Source: Carpediemonas membranifera BICM
Lineage: Eukaryota; Protista; Fornicata
Assembly: GCA_019828565.1 (NCBI GenBank)
Contig: JAHDYR010000024.1
Span: 6,434-70,433 of the forward strand
Direction: 5' to 3'
DNA: 64,000 bases
Shown: piece by piece, positions 22,451 through 34,183 of the stretch
Position numbering within the stretch: position 1 is the stretch's first letter
Layout of the letters: every line of letters starts with the position of its first letter
Position numbers and translations under genes: made by a program
Notes under the pieces: model-generated
What the model saw: the letters and a program-made list of their open reading frames with translations, nothing else
The model's database searches: none
Told to the model about the DNA's origin: nothing

Positions 22451-25400
22451 TGTCAGGGTCCTACCCATTGTTTACATAGTTGATATATTTATTATTGCCA
22501 TATTTACCACAGCAGGGTCAAACCCTCTCTTCTTTGCTTTTACTAAAAGTTCTTCTAAGTCTTGACAGACCACAATACTAGTATTCCCCTTTCATCATGA
22601 CATTTAAGAACAAAGAAAAAGCGGTTCCCCCGCTATTCCGCGACCCTTCAATGAAGGCGTTGCTTGATTTTTACCTTCACCTCCAAACGTACCGTTCCCT
22701 CGGCGGTAAGGCCGATATCTCCGAACTCGTCGATCCATCTATCGCTGACTATGTCTCGCAATGCATCGACGAGGCCGGTAACTCCGAAGACGATGATTAC
22801 GTACCGTTACTGATGGCAACTACCGAGCGCCGCCGTCAAAAGCGCAACTTCAGCGATCTACGAATCCTCAAGCGCCTAGGCAGCGTACTGCGTCCCAGCA
22901 GATCCACCGCTCAGCTCGATCTTTTCCGTCTACGCGCCAAGACCTTCGACCCCGTCGAGGTCAATAACGTCAATCGGAAGTTCAAGGCGCTCCAGCTGTT
23001 AGTCAATCCAGATGTACCTGAGGATGTGCTCAAAGAGACGTACTGCAGATGCTTCCGCGTGCAAGGATCCAACACGATCATGTACAAGGTCAAGGAGCTC
23101 GCAGAAGGCCTCGACATCCCCTCGATCATGCCGAAAGTCATGGCAATGTCACGCGACCAACAGGAGTCGCAAGAGATGGTGAACTCCTTCTCCCCCGCTG
23201 CTGCCCGTCCCAGAGCTCCACATGTTCACGAGCGCGAGCCACGCAGTGACCACCAAGATCCTCGGAGCGCCACGAACGCCAAGGTTCGAAGCCCATAGTG
23301 AAGCCCAACCGTCAGAACAAGCCCAAGAAGCAGTACGTGTGCTACAACTGCGGTAAGCCCGGGCATCCGTCTTTCAAGTGCGCTGAGCCGAAGGCATTCT
23401 GCCCTAAGTGCCATTAAGTCAGGACACCTGGCCGATTACTGCCCTACCAAGAAGGGAGTAAATCAGCGTCGGTGTGTTCATTCTGTTTCGGATTCAAAAT
23501 TCGCGCGCCTACGTGATAGACACTGCGTTCGACATCATCATCGGATTTCCTCAGATGGTAAGTCTCGGACTCTTGCCAAGCGCCATTCCCAGCTCCTCCG
23601 ACCCGACTGAGGACTCTAGTGAGACCCCACCGGCCACGAAATACATCGCACAAGCCATGTCCGAGCTGTCCCAAGAGGCACGCGACCGACAGTCGTCTAT
23701 ACTTCGACGATACGCCTCCAACTTCAAAGAGCGTGATGCGCCTAGCCTACTAGACCCCTACGACCTGGTGATCAAGGGAAACAAGGTCGTGAACGTCCGT
23801 CCATACTTCGTGCCTCCTCCTAAGGTCCCCATCGTTAAGGAGCACGTTGACACCTTGCTTGCAAAAGGCTTCATAGAGGCCTGTCAGTCTGAGTATTCTA
23901 GCCCGACGATCGTTGTCCCCAAGAAGGGTGAGAAGACGCGGTTCGTGGTCGATTTCCGGGAAATTAACTCCTTGACCGAGCCGTTTGACTATCCGATTCC
24001 TCGCATTGACGAGATCTTGGCACAATTGAGTCGCAAGAGGATCTTCGCCACTCTTGACCTTGCAGCAGGTTACCACCAAATCGCGCTAACCGAGCGTTGT
24101 CGCCACCTAACGGCCTTCCGAACTGTCTTCGGACAGTATCAGTACACTCGCATGCCGTTTGGCCTGCGGAACGCTGGGGCTTATTTCCAGCGCGCGATGG
24201 AGACTGCGTTCGAGGGTCTGGTCGGAGCTTCCTGCATTATCTATATTGATGACATTATTGTAATGGGAGACTCTGAGGCAGAGTATCTGGATAACCTAGA
24301 GCGAGTGATGGCCCGAGTCGAAAAGATGAGACTCCACCTGGGTCGGGATAAGTGCCAGTTCGACTGTGCCGAAGTTGAATTCTTGGGGTGGATCATCCAC
24401 AATGGTACGGTTCGCATTTCGCCTCAGCGTGTTGAAGATATAGCACAGTTGAAAGTCCCGAAGTCCACAAGAGGGTTCCAGGCCCTTCACGGGTTCCTGA
24501 ACTACTTCCGCGATCATATCCCTTTCTTCGCCGAGCGAGTCAAGCCTATAACGGATGCAATGTCCGGTAAGACGAGTTCTACAAGCGCTGACGTCTCCAA
24601 AGCACTAGAAGACGCGAAAGCCGCCCTCTGCTCCGCGGATGCACTCGCGATCTTCGACGCCACGCGTCCACACGTTGTTATGACTGACGCTTCCGCCGTG
24701 GGATACGGAGCGGTTCTCCTCCAAGACGGCAAGCCCGTCTGCTATCTATCGAAGGCATTTAATGATGTACAGTCGCGGTGGAGTGTTGGTGAAAAGAGGC
24801 GTACGCCATTGTGTCCGCGCTCCAGGCCTGGCGCAAGTTCTTGTGCTGGGAGCGCTTCGAGATCAAGACCGACCACCGTAACTTGCTCTATATGTATAAG
24901 TCGGTCAACGCTAAGGTCAGGCGCTGGGCCGATTCTATCGCCGATCTCGATTTCACTATCTCCCACGTTCCCGGCCTCGATAACGGTGCCGCTGACGGTT
25001 TGTCTAGGGTGTTTGCCATGGCCAAGAAGACAGCAACGACCGAACAGATTCACCAAGCTCACTTGTTCGCCGACGTCCACCTGTCGAGACGTCTTACGAT
25101 CGAGCGCCTCCGTGGCCAAGGACTGTCAGTCTCACGCGATGCAGTTGATAGGGTCGTATCCGACTGTCCGATCTGCCAAGTCCTCGATCGGCCGCCGGTC
25201 GACCAACCCGACGGTCTCCACACAGCTGTTGACACCCCACTACAACGCGTGGCAATCGACACGATGGGTCCTTTGCCGTCCTGTGACGGGTACTCGTATA
25301 TTACCGTCATGGTAGATATGTGCTCTCGCTGGACTGAATTAGTCCCTGCCAAGAGCAACTCCGGAAAAGAAGCAGCCGAGGCCTTTATCAATACCTGGGT

Positions 25401-25644
25401 CCTAAGATATGGAGCGCCGCAAGTACTCCAGTCAGACGGCGGATCTGAGTTTCACAATGGCCTATTCCGACGACTATCGCAAGAGGTGGGGTTCCAGCAG
25501 CATATCACCACCGCGTACCATCCTCAGGCCAATGGGATGGTGGAAAGAGCGAACCAACAAGTCGAGAGGATCCTTAAGGCCCGTAAGTTCCAGTTAAGAA
25601 ACCCCAACTGGCTCACACACCTGCCAGTCGCAAGATTCATTGCT
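22451..25644 (+). mobile_element. Ty3/gypsy element G1a, defective (gag with CCHC knuckles, protease active site deleted, RT, RNase H, integrase core); 5' LTR ends at 22574, its start is uncertain
   Basis: CYNCGKPGH; MPFGL; YIDD; TDAS; HLS..CPICQ; SDGG..F; ERAN. Confidence 0.85.
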
Positions 25645-27601
25645 TCCAAGACGGTCATTGGAGCGACTTCCATCGACTATTTGGGCTGGCGAGTAGACAA
25701 GGACGGTAAGCGGATCTCCCCCGACCGTCTGGAGGCCATCCATGATCTCAAGGAGCCGACTAGTCTGACGGACGCCCGAGCCTTGCTCGGGTTCGCGAAC
25801 TACTTTCGAGCACTCATTGAGCGTTACGTCGATATGACTGAACCCATCACCGAGCTCACCCGAGCCGCCGAAAAGTTCGTTTGGGGCGACCGACAACATG
25901 ACGCGTTTGAGCAGATTAAGCGAGAGCTTCTACTGCAGCGCACGCTGGTCCACCCCTGTCCCGACGAACATCTCCACATTTTTACGGACGCATCAGACTA
26001 CGGCATTGGTGGCGTGCTGATGAACGCGGTGTTTAAGCCCATCGCGTTCTTCGCCAAGACGCTCACGCCCCAACAGCGCCGTTGGTCTACGATAGAGAAA
26101 GAGTGCTACGCTCTGTACTTCGGTACTACCAAGTTCAGAGCGCTATCTCGCTGGACGAGACTTCACAGCTCATCTAGATCACCGTAACTTGGTCTACATG
26201 GACCGTTCCTTGAATTCCAAGGTGATTAGGTGGAGCCTCGCGCTGTCTGAGTACTCATTCGACATCGTACACGTTCCAGGTTCCGACAACTCTGTAGCGG
26301 ACACCCTGTCCCGCCTCGTTCACCTGGACGAGACCTCCGTCGAACCTTCCCCTCCACCCGAGGCGCATCGGGAATCCTTCCAAGAAGCACATGGCGGAGA
26401 TGCTGGTCACCTTGGCCGTGATGCCACCTGCAAACGCATCATAGCCGCCGACAAGGGCTGGCCTGGCATGCGCCGGGACGTTACTGCCTGGATAAGACAG
26501 TGCCCTGTTTGCCAGTTGACACGCCTCAAGCTTTCACCGTTTCCCCAAGCGACCCATCCCATGACCGGCAGCCGACCCTTCGAAGTAGTGGAGGCCGACA
26601 CCATTGGTCCCCTCTCACTGCCCGGGCAACACCGCTACGCGGTTGTGATTATCGACACGTTTACTAGACTCACCCAAGCCTACCCCACGAAGAGCACGGA
26701 CGCTGTATCTGCACGTTCGGCTTTATCGACATGGATGAAACACTATGGCTCCCCGACATGCTTGATTACCGATGGTGGCTCACAGTACCATAACAGAACC
26801 ATCAGAGAATTTTGCCAAGACCACGGTATAAGACACGAGATCGGTACGCCTTATCATCCTGCGGGACAGGGTGCTGTTGAAAGAGCGAACAAAGAGGTGA
26901 AGAGACACCTACGCGCCTGGATTCTCGAACATGACGACGACTGGGAGGACGCCTTACCACGAATCACGAATATAATCAACAACGCACCTCTAACCGCCTC
27001 CAACCTGTCGCCGTACGAAGTCCTATACGCCAGGGACGTCCACGAACCGACTAGACAACCTTCCCTCACCGTCGACCACTTCCGTACCACCCTACGCTGT
27101 TTACAGAGCAGAAAACGCGCTGTCGGTGGCCAAACTCCAGCGCAGAGCCATCCAGCGAGTCATCTCCTTGGATCCGCCGCCATGATCCAGCGCAAAACTG
27201 CCATAGGCATCGTACCCCGGGGCCCGGTCCGGGTCATCTCCACCAATCCCGACCGCCCCAACACCTACGTCGTTCAAGACCTCACCACTGACCACCGCCT
27301 GACAGTACATGCCTCTGAGCTTTACCAGTTCGAGGGCAGCTACACTGACGCTGAGCTCAAACACTGGGCAGCCCGCAACGAAGGAGAGTACGTGGTTAGG
27401 AAGGTTGCTGACCATCGCCGACAAGCGGGCAACCTTCAGTTCCTCCTCTTGTGGGAGGGTTACGATGACGACGAAGGCACATGGACCGATTACAGCCGCG
27501 AAATCGATGGATTAGCTGCCCTGGACGCATACATTAATGAGCATCCGAGATTGAAGCTTCCATCGCTCAGGAAGGGACGCCACGCCGGTAAATCCCCCTG
27601 A
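25645..27601 (+). mobile_element. Ty3/gypsy element G1b, 3' half (RT end, RNase H, integrase, chromodomain), fused to G1a
   Basis: DYLGW; TDASDYG; GHLG..CPVCQ; TDGG; YVVRKVADHR..FLLLWEGY. Confidence 0.85.
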
Positions 27602-27994
27602 GACGTGTGCTGTTGATGTTGTTTGATGAAGAAAGAAGAGAAGAAGAGGAAAAGTGATTGCAATCACGAGGATAATGATAATGAACGCAAATGATCACCT
27701 AAGAGAGAGAGAGCGCGTGAACTCGCCGAAACGAACTAATGAGAAGCGATGAAACTGAAGAAGCGAGACAGAAGCGCGAAAGAGACAGAAATGGAGAAGA
27801 ATGAAGTATAGAGCGTGAAGAAGATCATAGTTACGTACCAATCCGTCGTCACTGGCAACTTAGACGCAATGACTCATTTTGTGCCAAATCTGACAAAAAG
27901 GACCAAATTTCCGAAGATCGCAAAAGGAATTTAGATTAGGTCTAAAGGCTCGGACGACATCCGAGTAATACACGACCTCCGAGAACTCAACACC

Positions 27995-29623
27995 GTGACG
28001 GAGGAGACCCGAGTCTTCCGCCTCTTCGGCATCAAACGTGCTTTGGCGACGCTCACGGCCGGGGACTGGATGACGAGGATCGACCTCCGCTCGGGGTACT
28101 CTCAAGTCCCAGTCAGGGAGCAGGACAGGACACTTCTGGGCGTGGTCACTCCGGAGGGCGAGACATTCTGCTACACTGGACTCCCCTTCGGTTGGACCGC
28201 GGCTCCGTTCTACTTTCAGACAATAACCATCCAGGCCGCAAAGATCATCGCCAGGCGCCTCCAGATCCACGTTTGCGTGTATCTAGACGACTTCCTCCTA
28301 TCGTCTGCGCGCAAGGAGCACCTGGCATGGGCAACACACGAGGCCCTCGAGCTCATGCGCTCCCTCGGCCTCATTCCGGGGCTGGACAAGTGTATTCTTC
28401 AGCCTACACGCTGCTTGGAGTACCTCGGCCTCCTCATCAATACGGAGAACACTTCAGTGCGCCTTTCCAGCGACAAGGCGCGCAAGTATCAGCAGACGTT
28501 GATATCCGCGTTGGAGAGCGACTCCATCAGCGCCGTCGACTACTCCAAGATCCTAGGGCGTCTCTCCTTCTTCGCTTCCGCAGCGCATGCAGCACAGCTC
28601 AAGCTGCGGCCGTTGCAAGCAAGACAGCCGAGAGGCAGAGTACCTTTGGATGCAGCCCTCAAGCAAGAGCTCGCCCAGTGGGTCTCACTGCTGCAGCAGC
28701 GCCCAGCCAAGTCATTTATCGAGCTCAGGGCCCTCTGGGACATGACAGGCTCCCTGGAGATGACAGTGGCGTCCGACGCATCCAGCTTCGGCTGGGGGGC
28801 CAGAGTATACCTCGGAGAGAACAACAGATCGGCGCATGGGCACTTCCCCCCGCACATAGTGAACGCCCACATCTGCACAAAGGAGCTTTTCGCAGTCGTT
28901 CGGGGCATCGAACTCATCTCTCCACAGCCGCAGGTGCGCACCCTGACAGTTTTCTGCGACAACTCGGCCGTAGTCTCGTGGGTCAACAAGGGCGGATCGA
29001 CAAGAGCAGACCAGACAGTCATGAGCCTACTCCACGAGCTGCAACAACACCTCGACAGCAGAAACCTCGTGGCTCGATGTCTTCACATCGCAGGACACCT
29101 CAACGTGGAGCCGGACAGGCTGAGCCGGTTCATGAAGCTCGAGTGGTCGACCCCGCGTTCAGTCCTCGAGCGAATCCAGCGCAACTGGGGACCAGTGCAG
29201 GTCGACGCGACCGCCGCTCCCACTCGCCGCCTGGCCCTCCCAGGATTCGCTCAGCACGGATGGACTCTCGCAGAACACGGCCTGTCTCGGGACTGGACGG
29301 GGATGAGAGTCTTCGCAGCTCCTCCAGTAGCGATGATTCCAGCGACATATCTGCATATTCGGACGATTCGGTCGCCGACCCAGACTGGATCCCCTCAGAC
29401 GTGGAGGTCAGCTGCGATAATAGTGACTCCGGACATCCCGTCACCAGAACTCCGCCGCTTGCTAGCCCTCTCATCAGTTCCCAAGATGTACTTCAGAGTG
29501 AACCAAGATCTTCTGTCGGACTCCGAGCTGTCGCGGCTGGCCGAGAGGGGCAGGATAAGGCTCATCGCGATGATCATCAGGACTTCGAGTTCCTCCTCCA
29601 CCACGACAGGCTCTCACATCTGA
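27995..29623 (+). CDS. E1 RT / RNase H / methyltransferase-like ORF
   Basis: LPFGW; YLDD; SDAS; FCDNS; HLNVEPDRLSR; FAAPP. Confidence 0.9.
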   Translation: MTEETRVFRLFGIKRALATLTAGDWMTRIDLRSGYSQVPVREQDRTLLGVVTPEGETFCYTGLPFGWTAAPFYFQTITIQAAKIIARRLQIHVCVYLDDFLLSSARKEHLAWATHEALELMRSLGLIPGLDKCILQPTRCLEYLGLLINTENTSVRLSSDKARKYQQTLISALESDSISAVDYSKILGRLSFFASAAHAAQLKLRPLQARQPRGRVPLDAALKQELAQWVSLLQQRPAKSFIELRALWDMTGSLEMTVASDASSFGWGARVYLGENNRSAHGHFPPHIVNAHICTKELFAVVRGIELISPQPQVRTLTVFCDNSAVVSWVNKGGSTRADQTVMSLLHELQQHLDSRNLVARCLHIAGHLNVEPDRLSRFMKLEWSTPRSVLERIQRNWGPVQVDATAAPTRRLALPGFAQHGWTLAEHGLSRDWTGMRVFAAPPVAMIPATYLHIRTIRSPTQTGSPQTWRSAAIIVTPDIPSPELRRLLALSSVPKMYFRVNQDLLSDSELSRLAERGRIRLIAMIIRTSSSSSTTTGSHI

Positions 29624-30483
29624 GCCTAGAGGCGTCACGCAGGGCAGTCGCGGGCTACCTCGTCAAGTTCAACGCGTCGAGAGACACCACGCTATCACAC
29701 GCGGCGCAGCTCAGGCAGCACCTCATGAGCGAAGCCAAGACCTCGGGGCCCGACACGATCGGCAAGAAGGGACACTGGATTTGCAAAGCGGCCCCACTGA
29801 TCTGCGACTGGACCCCCCCGCAGGACAGCAGCGAGATCATTCGATCAGTCCGCAACGTAGCATCCACCACCAGACTGACTGGCGGGGCTCGACCGGTGAC
29901 GAGCGACATAATCCGGTCGGGTTTCCGACGTTGGAAACAAGATCCGAAGACGTTCCAGGCGGTCTTGTTCGCCGCACTCTGCTTCCAAACTGTCAGCCGC
30001 GGCAAGGAAATCTTCACTCTGACGAGGGGAGACGTGACGTTCAGCCCAGAGGGCGACGCGACGCTGTTCATGGCACGCACCAAGACTACCACAGCGGTGA
30101 AGAAGCTCGTGGTCAACGCCACCTTTGACTCATTCAACATCGCGAAGGCGCTCCAGCTTTGGGTCAACTTGGCCACGAAGCGCGACACGGATTCACTATG
30201 GAGGAAGGTCAACGGAGACACGATCAGCAAGACAGAGGGGCTGTCAGAAGGCGCAATGAGGCGCTGGATCGCAGCAGTGTTTGGCGACTCCGTCACTTGG
30301 CACAGCTTCAGAAAGGGCGCGGCGACCGAGCTCGCCGTCGCCGGCACTCCTGAGCACGTGCTGATGGCACTGGGGAACTGGCGCTCCGCGAAGAGCCTGC
30401 TGGCGTACACCGGCAATGGCATCCGCCAGCACCCCGCGGTCCAGAGAGACATCGCCAGGTCTCTTTTGGGCAAGCCACTGTAA
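28192..30483 (+). CDS. E1 tyrosine recombinase (overlapping frame)
   Basis: SRGKE; RTKT; HSFRKG; GNW; terminal Y (LLAY). Confidence 0.9.
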   Translation: MDRGSVLLSDNNHPGRKDHRQAPPDPRLRVSRRLPPIVCAQGAPGMGNTRGPRAHALPRPHSGAGQVYSSAYTLLGVPRPPHQYGEHFSAPFQRQGAQVSADVDIRVGERLHQRRRLLQDPRASLLLRFRSACSTAQAAAVASKTAERQSTFGCSPQARARPVGLTAAAAPSQVIYRAQGPLGHDRLPGDDSGVRRIQLRLGGQSIPRREQQIGAWALPPAHSERPHLHKGAFRSRSGHRTHLSTAAGAHPDSFLRQLGRSLVGQQGRIDKSRPDSHEPTPRAATTPRQQKPRGSMSSHRRTPQRGAGQAEPVHEARVVDPAFSPRANPAQLGTSAGRRDRRSHSPPGPPRIRSARMDSRRTRPVSGLDGDESLRSSSSSDDSSDISAYSDDSVADPDWIPSDVEVSCDNSDSGHPVTRTPPLASPLISSQDVLQSEPRSSVGLRAVAAGREGQDKAHRDDHQDFEFLLHHDRLSHLSLEASRRAVAGYLVKFNASRDTTLSHAAQLRQHLMSEAKTSGPDTIGKKGHWICKAAPLICDWTPPQDSSEIIRSVRNVASTTRLTGGARPVTSDIIRSGFRRWKQDPKTFQAVLFAALCFQTVSRGKEIFTLTRGDVTFSPEGDATLFMARTKTTTAVKKLVVNATFDSFNIAKALQLWVNLATKRDTDSLWRKVNGDTISKTEGLSEGAMRRWIAAVFGDSVTWHSFRKGAATELAVAGTPEHVLMALGNWRSAKSLLAYTGNGIRQHPAVQRDIARSLLGKPL

Positions 30484-31014
30484 ACATTCGATGGGATGTT
30501 TATGGTGCAGGCTGTTGCGACCTCACGGGAGGTGACAGCTAGGAGTTAATGATATCTCCTCGGCCGGCGGGACAACCCCGTTGGATCTACAGAGTGTAGA
30601 GGGTCAGGTGGCCCGCGAGTCGGGCGGGTAGTACCCCAGCTCATTGTCGCAAGGGCGACGGGACGTGGGCGAGGCCGGCAATCGCCGGATGCCCGCGTCA
30701 TTGGTCAAGATTGGTCGGCGCAGTTTATGCGGCCAGATGACGAACGATTCGCAGCCGGTGGCTGTAAGAACGCGCTCGGGAGAGCGTCCCTCGTCGGTAC
30801 GCGAGGGAAACCCAAGACTTACTTAGGAGCCGAAGGCGCGTAAGTCTTCGAATATTGACGCGGCGAAACAGGGGTTTCTTGCGTAAATATTCTTTCCCCC
30901 GTTGGATCTACAGAGTGTAGAGGGTCAGGTGGCTCCTGTCACAGGACCATCACTGGCACCTGCGCGCGCCGATCAATGTGCACTTTAGGTCACACTTCGA
31001 AACGCATCGGCAGG

Positions 31015-31497
31015 ATGTCTGATAACGAAGACCTGCCGCCGCAAGACAGTCCCGATGAGCTTAACAAGCGTATCGAGAAGCTGGAGCGCTTGGTTAAGAT
31101 ACAATCGGAAGCAATTTTGGAGCAGCAAGCAGAAGCAGCTCGCCGTCCACTGTTCCTGGAGATGCCAAAGAGGTTCGGCCTCGAAGATGAGGCCAGATTC
31201 GTATACAAGACCATGAATAGGATCGAGAACGGCGCAAAGATGAAGGAGATCGGGAACATTCTCTTTGCAAGAATCCAGTACCTTCTAATCAAGGACGTGT
31301 ACACTGACGCTACTGCAGAGCGGTTCGAGAACTATTGCAAGGCGAAGGGCGTGCCTGATCGCGACGAGGTCCTGGAACTGGCGGCCCGCGCCAAGTCTAA
31401 GGGCGATAAGCGCGACGCTAATTTTCGCCGCGGTGGCCGCGCTCAGGACCGAGGTCGCACTCAGACAGGATCCTCCGGCAAGAGAGCCCACACCTAA
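31015..31497 (+). CDS. E2 gag-like ORF1
   Basis: Coiled coil and basic tail; RIQYLLIKDVY resembles ORF1 of E3-E6. Confidence 0.75.
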   Translation: MSDNEDLPPQDSPDELNKRIEKLERLVKIQSEAILEQQAEAARRPLFLEMPKRFGLEDEARFVYKTMNRIENGAKMKEIGNILFARIQYLLIKDVYTDATAERFENYCKAKGVPDRDEVLELAARAKSKGDKRDANFRRGGRAQDRGRTQTGSSGKRAHT

Positions 31498-34183
31498 CCC
31501 TCTTTCCATGCATGAACGCGGCGTGGAGGGAGTGGCAGAGGTTGGGAGCATCACAACGGGTGATCAACTGGTTACGATACGGGGTCGAGATCCGTCTGAG
31601 AAGTCAACCACCAGCACCAAGGCAACAGCCGACAGTCGACCCATTCATTGTCCAGCAGATTCCTTCCTTGATAGAGACAGGCGTCATAGAGCAAGTGAAT
31701 CCCTCTTCCCTGCGACACACCGCCTCGCTGTTTACTGTGCCGAAGGGCGAGTCGAAGAGGATCATTCACAACCTCACGATACTGAACGACTGCTCGGCAG
31801 AGCGCTCATCCTTCCGGCTCTACGGTCTGCGCAGAGCTCTCTCCCTTCTCCAGAGGGGCGACTGGATGGTCAAGTTCGACCTCAAGTCCGGGTACCATCA
31901 AGTACCAGTACGGAAGGAGGACCGCAAGCTGCTAGGAGTCTATCTTCCAGACGGACGAGCGTTTCAGTACAGAGTGCTAGGCTTCGGCTGGCGCGCATCG
32001 CCGTTCGTGTTTCAGACGATCACCAACCAACTCGCCAAGATACTAGCCCTTCGGACGGGTCTTACCATCGTTGTCTACCTCGACGACTTCCTCTTATTTC
32101 ACCGCGACCGAGAAATCCTGAGGAGGGCGGTGCCGCGCATCAGGCGGACTCTAGCCGACCTCTGTGTCCTCACCTCAGAGGAGAAGTCAGAATGGGCACC
32201 GACTCAGTCATTGGTCTATCTGGGGCTCGTGATAGACTCCGCGAGTTTTACAATACGCCTCCCGGCGGACAAGGCCAAACGTTACTCCTCTCACATTCAT
32301 CAGGCTCTGGCAGGCAAGACCATCGATCAGGAGACTTGGGCCAAGATCCTCGGGAGACTGACTTACTTCGCTACAACCGCCCACGGGGCTTTCCTCCGGC
32401 TGAGACACCTTCAACAGGACCCACTCTCCAAGGAGCTACTGCAAGAGTGGCTGCTACTGCTAAGAGAGCGCCCAGTCCGAGACATCAGAGAACTTCAGTC
32501 GCTTTGGGGCGCTCACCCCTCCTTAGACCTCGTCGTATCGACAGACGCATCTGGAGTCAAGTGGGGAGCAGCCGTGCACGGCGAGTATGGGACCTCAGCC
32601 TCGGGCACGTTCACTCCAGAACTAAGAGCAGAATCTATCAACGTGAAGGAGCTCGCGGGAATCCTACAGGGCATCCGTCTGATCGGCAGACAGAGTTCCC
32701 AACGCGAGCTATCGATCTTCTCAGACAACACATCAGCTCTGGCCTGGCTCAACAAGGCGGGGTCTACGAAGGCTCCACCTCAGGCCCTGCACATTCTAGC
32801 CCAGATCCAGAAGGAGGCGGAGGACCGGAACCTGACACTCCGTGGACTACACACTCCGGGCATCATCAACCTGGCAGCAGATCGGCTGTCCAGAGGCTTC
32901 TCACGACTCCCTTCCTCTCTGGAGTCCAGCATGGAATCTGTCCTCGCGGAGTGGGGTCCAGTCCAGACAGTCTCAACGGACGTAGACGTAAGGCTTGGAT
33001 GTCGCGTCCTCTGGGCCCCCAATCCGTCTATGGCAGCCATAGTCCAGAAGATAGCGACAGCGAGAGTTCAGACTCAGACTGGACACCCGAGGTCTTGGAC
33101 CTCAGCAGTCTTTCTCCTCTACCCAGAGGTTCAAGCGCCGGAGATGAGACTCCTCAAGAGTTGGACGCCCTGGAAACTCCGTCTCTCCGTCCCGGCTTCG
33201 AGCTCAGATCTGGCCCACCTACTTCACCTACAGGACAGAGGACGCCTACGGTTCAATGTGATGGCGTTCAGGACGTTTTCCACAGAGTCCTCAGGTCGGA
33301 CAGAGTGATTCACCTTAATCACGCGTCTGCTCGGACGGTGGCCGGCTGGGTGGCCAGGTTCGAAGGCTCTCGCGATCGCAGCCTGTCGGATCGAGACCAG
33401 CTTGTAGCCTTCCTCAAGGACGAAGGCTCCTTCTGCGGGCCATCGAACGTGGCGAGGAAGGGCTACTGGATTGTTCAGCTACAGGAGTTCCTCAAAGACT
33501 GGCATCCGCCCGCCAACTCCAAGTACATCGTTAAGCAGGCGGCTAAGGGCGCCAGCACGGCGGGAACTACCGGCGGATCGCGCGCCATCACCAAGGCTGA
33601 GATGATCGAGGCACTGGGGCGCCGGAGTGACGACTTTGAGTCATATCAGGCATGTCTCTTTGGGGCAGTCGCCTATCTGACGGTGTCCAGAGGCATCGAG
33701 ATACTCTCCCTATGCCCGGCCGACCTGGAGCTACTCAAGAACGGCGACATTCTCCTACACATTCAGCGGACCAAGACCATCCTAACGGGAGTTAAGAAGC
33801 GCGTACCATACGTATGGCTATCAGCCGCCTTCAACCCGGCCTTGGCACTTAGACGCTGGGTCGAGGGCACACACTACCTGGCTGATGACACCCCCATCTG
33901 GCGAGTCATAATCAACGGGCGCCTGAGCAGAGACAAACCGCTCACAGCCGCACACCTCCGACGAGTCGTGAAGGCGTTGTTCGGTCCACGGACGGGTCTC
34001 CACAGCTTCCGTAAGGGGGCAGCGTCGGAGATGGCTCTATCAGGAGTCCCGCTGGAGGTGATCCTCTCAATGGGCACATGGAAGGACGTCACCTCCCTCC
34101 GCAGCTATGTCGCTGACGCCATCAGAACAAACGAGGACCTCACCAGGAGGATGAACCTCAGCCTTCTCGGGCCCCACTTTTAA
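31433..34183 (+). CDS. E2 tyrosine recombinase (overlaps the whole RT ORF)
   Basis: SRGIE; RTKT; HSFRKG; GTW; LRSY. Confidence 0.9.
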   Translation: MAALRTEVALRQDPPAREPTPNPLSMHERGVEGVAEVGSITTGDQLVTIRGRDPSEKSTTSTKATADSRPIHCPADSFLDRDRRHRASESLFPATHRLAVYCAEGRVEEDHSQPHDTERLLGRALILPALRSAQSSLPSPEGRLDGQVRPQVRVPSSTSTEGGPQAARSLSSRRTSVSVQSARLRLARIAVRVSDDHQPTRQDTSPSDGSYHRCLPRRLPLISPRPRNPEEGGAAHQADSSRPLCPHLRGEVRMGTDSVIGLSGARDRLREFYNTPPGGQGQTLLLSHSSGSGRQDHRSGDLGQDPRETDLLRYNRPRGFPPAETPSTGPTLQGATARVAATAKRAPSPRHQRTSVALGRSPLLRPRRIDRRIWSQVGSSRARRVWDLSLGHVHSRTKSRIYQREGARGNPTGHPSDRQTEFPTRAIDLLRQHISSGLAQQGGVYEGSTSGPAHSSPDPEGGGGPEPDTPWTTHSGHHQPGSRSAVQRLLTTPFLSGVQHGICPRGVGSSPDSLNGRRRKAWMSRPLGPQSVYGSHSPEDSDSESSDSDWTPEVLDLSSLSPLPRGSSAGDETPQELDALETPSLRPGFELRSGPPTSPTGQRTPTVQCDGVQDVFHRVLRSDRVIHLNHASARTVAGWVARFEGSRDRSLSDRDQLVAFLKDEGSFCGPSNVARKGYWIVQLQEFLKDWHPPANSKYIVKQAAKGASTAGTTGGSRAITKAEMIEALGRRSDDFESYQACLFGAVAYLTVSRGIEILSLCPADLELLKNGDILLHIQRTKTILTGVKKRVPYVWLSAAFNPALALRRWVEGTHYLADDTPIWRVIINGRLSRDKPLTAAHLRRVVKALFGPRTGLHSFRKGAASEMALSGVPLEVILSMGTWKDVTSLRSYVADAIRTNEDLTRRMNLSLLGPHF
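31512..33308 (+). CDS. E2 RT / RNase H / MT-like ORF
   Basis: LGFGW; YLDD; TDAS; FSDNT; NLAADRLSR. Confidence 0.9.
   Translation: MNAAWREWQRLGASQRVINWLRYGVEIRLRSQPPAPRQQPTVDPFIVQQIPSLIETGVIEQVNPSSLRHTASLFTVPKGESKRIIHNLTILNDCSAERSSFRLYGLRRALSLLQRGDWMVKFDLKSGYHQVPVRKEDRKLLGVYLPDGRAFQYRVLGFGWRASPFVFQTITNQLAKILALRTGLTIVVYLDDFLLFHRDREILRRAVPRIRRTLADLCVLTSEEKSEWAPTQSLVYLGLVIDSASFTIRLPADKAKRYSSHIHQALAGKTIDQETWAKILGRLTYFATTAHGAFLRLRHLQQDPLSKELLQEWLLLLRERPVRDIRELQSLWGAHPSLDLVVSTDASGVKWGAAVHGEYGTSASGTFTPELRAESINVKELAGILQGIRLIGRQSSQRELSIFSDNTSALAWLNKAGSTKAPPQALHILAQIQKEAEDRNLTLRGLHTPGIINLAADRLSRGFSRLPSSLESSMESVLAEWGPVQTVSTDVDVRLGCRVLWAPNPSMAAIVQKIATARVQTQTGHPRSWTSAVFLLYPEVQAPEMRLLKSWTPWKLRLSVPASSSDLAHLLHLQDRGRLRFNVMAFRTFSTESSGRTE

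Larger units (their letters stand above)
27942..30930 (+). mobile_element. YR retrotransposon E1 (DIRS order, split direct repeats, PAT-like), 5'-truncated
   Basis: RT-RH-MT and YR ORFs; B repeats at 30576-30612 and 30897-30933. Confidence 0.9.

Noticed and set aside
27602-27860. 3' LTR of G1
   Set aside because: Purine-rich, but no match to 22451-22574 and no clear PPT or TSD
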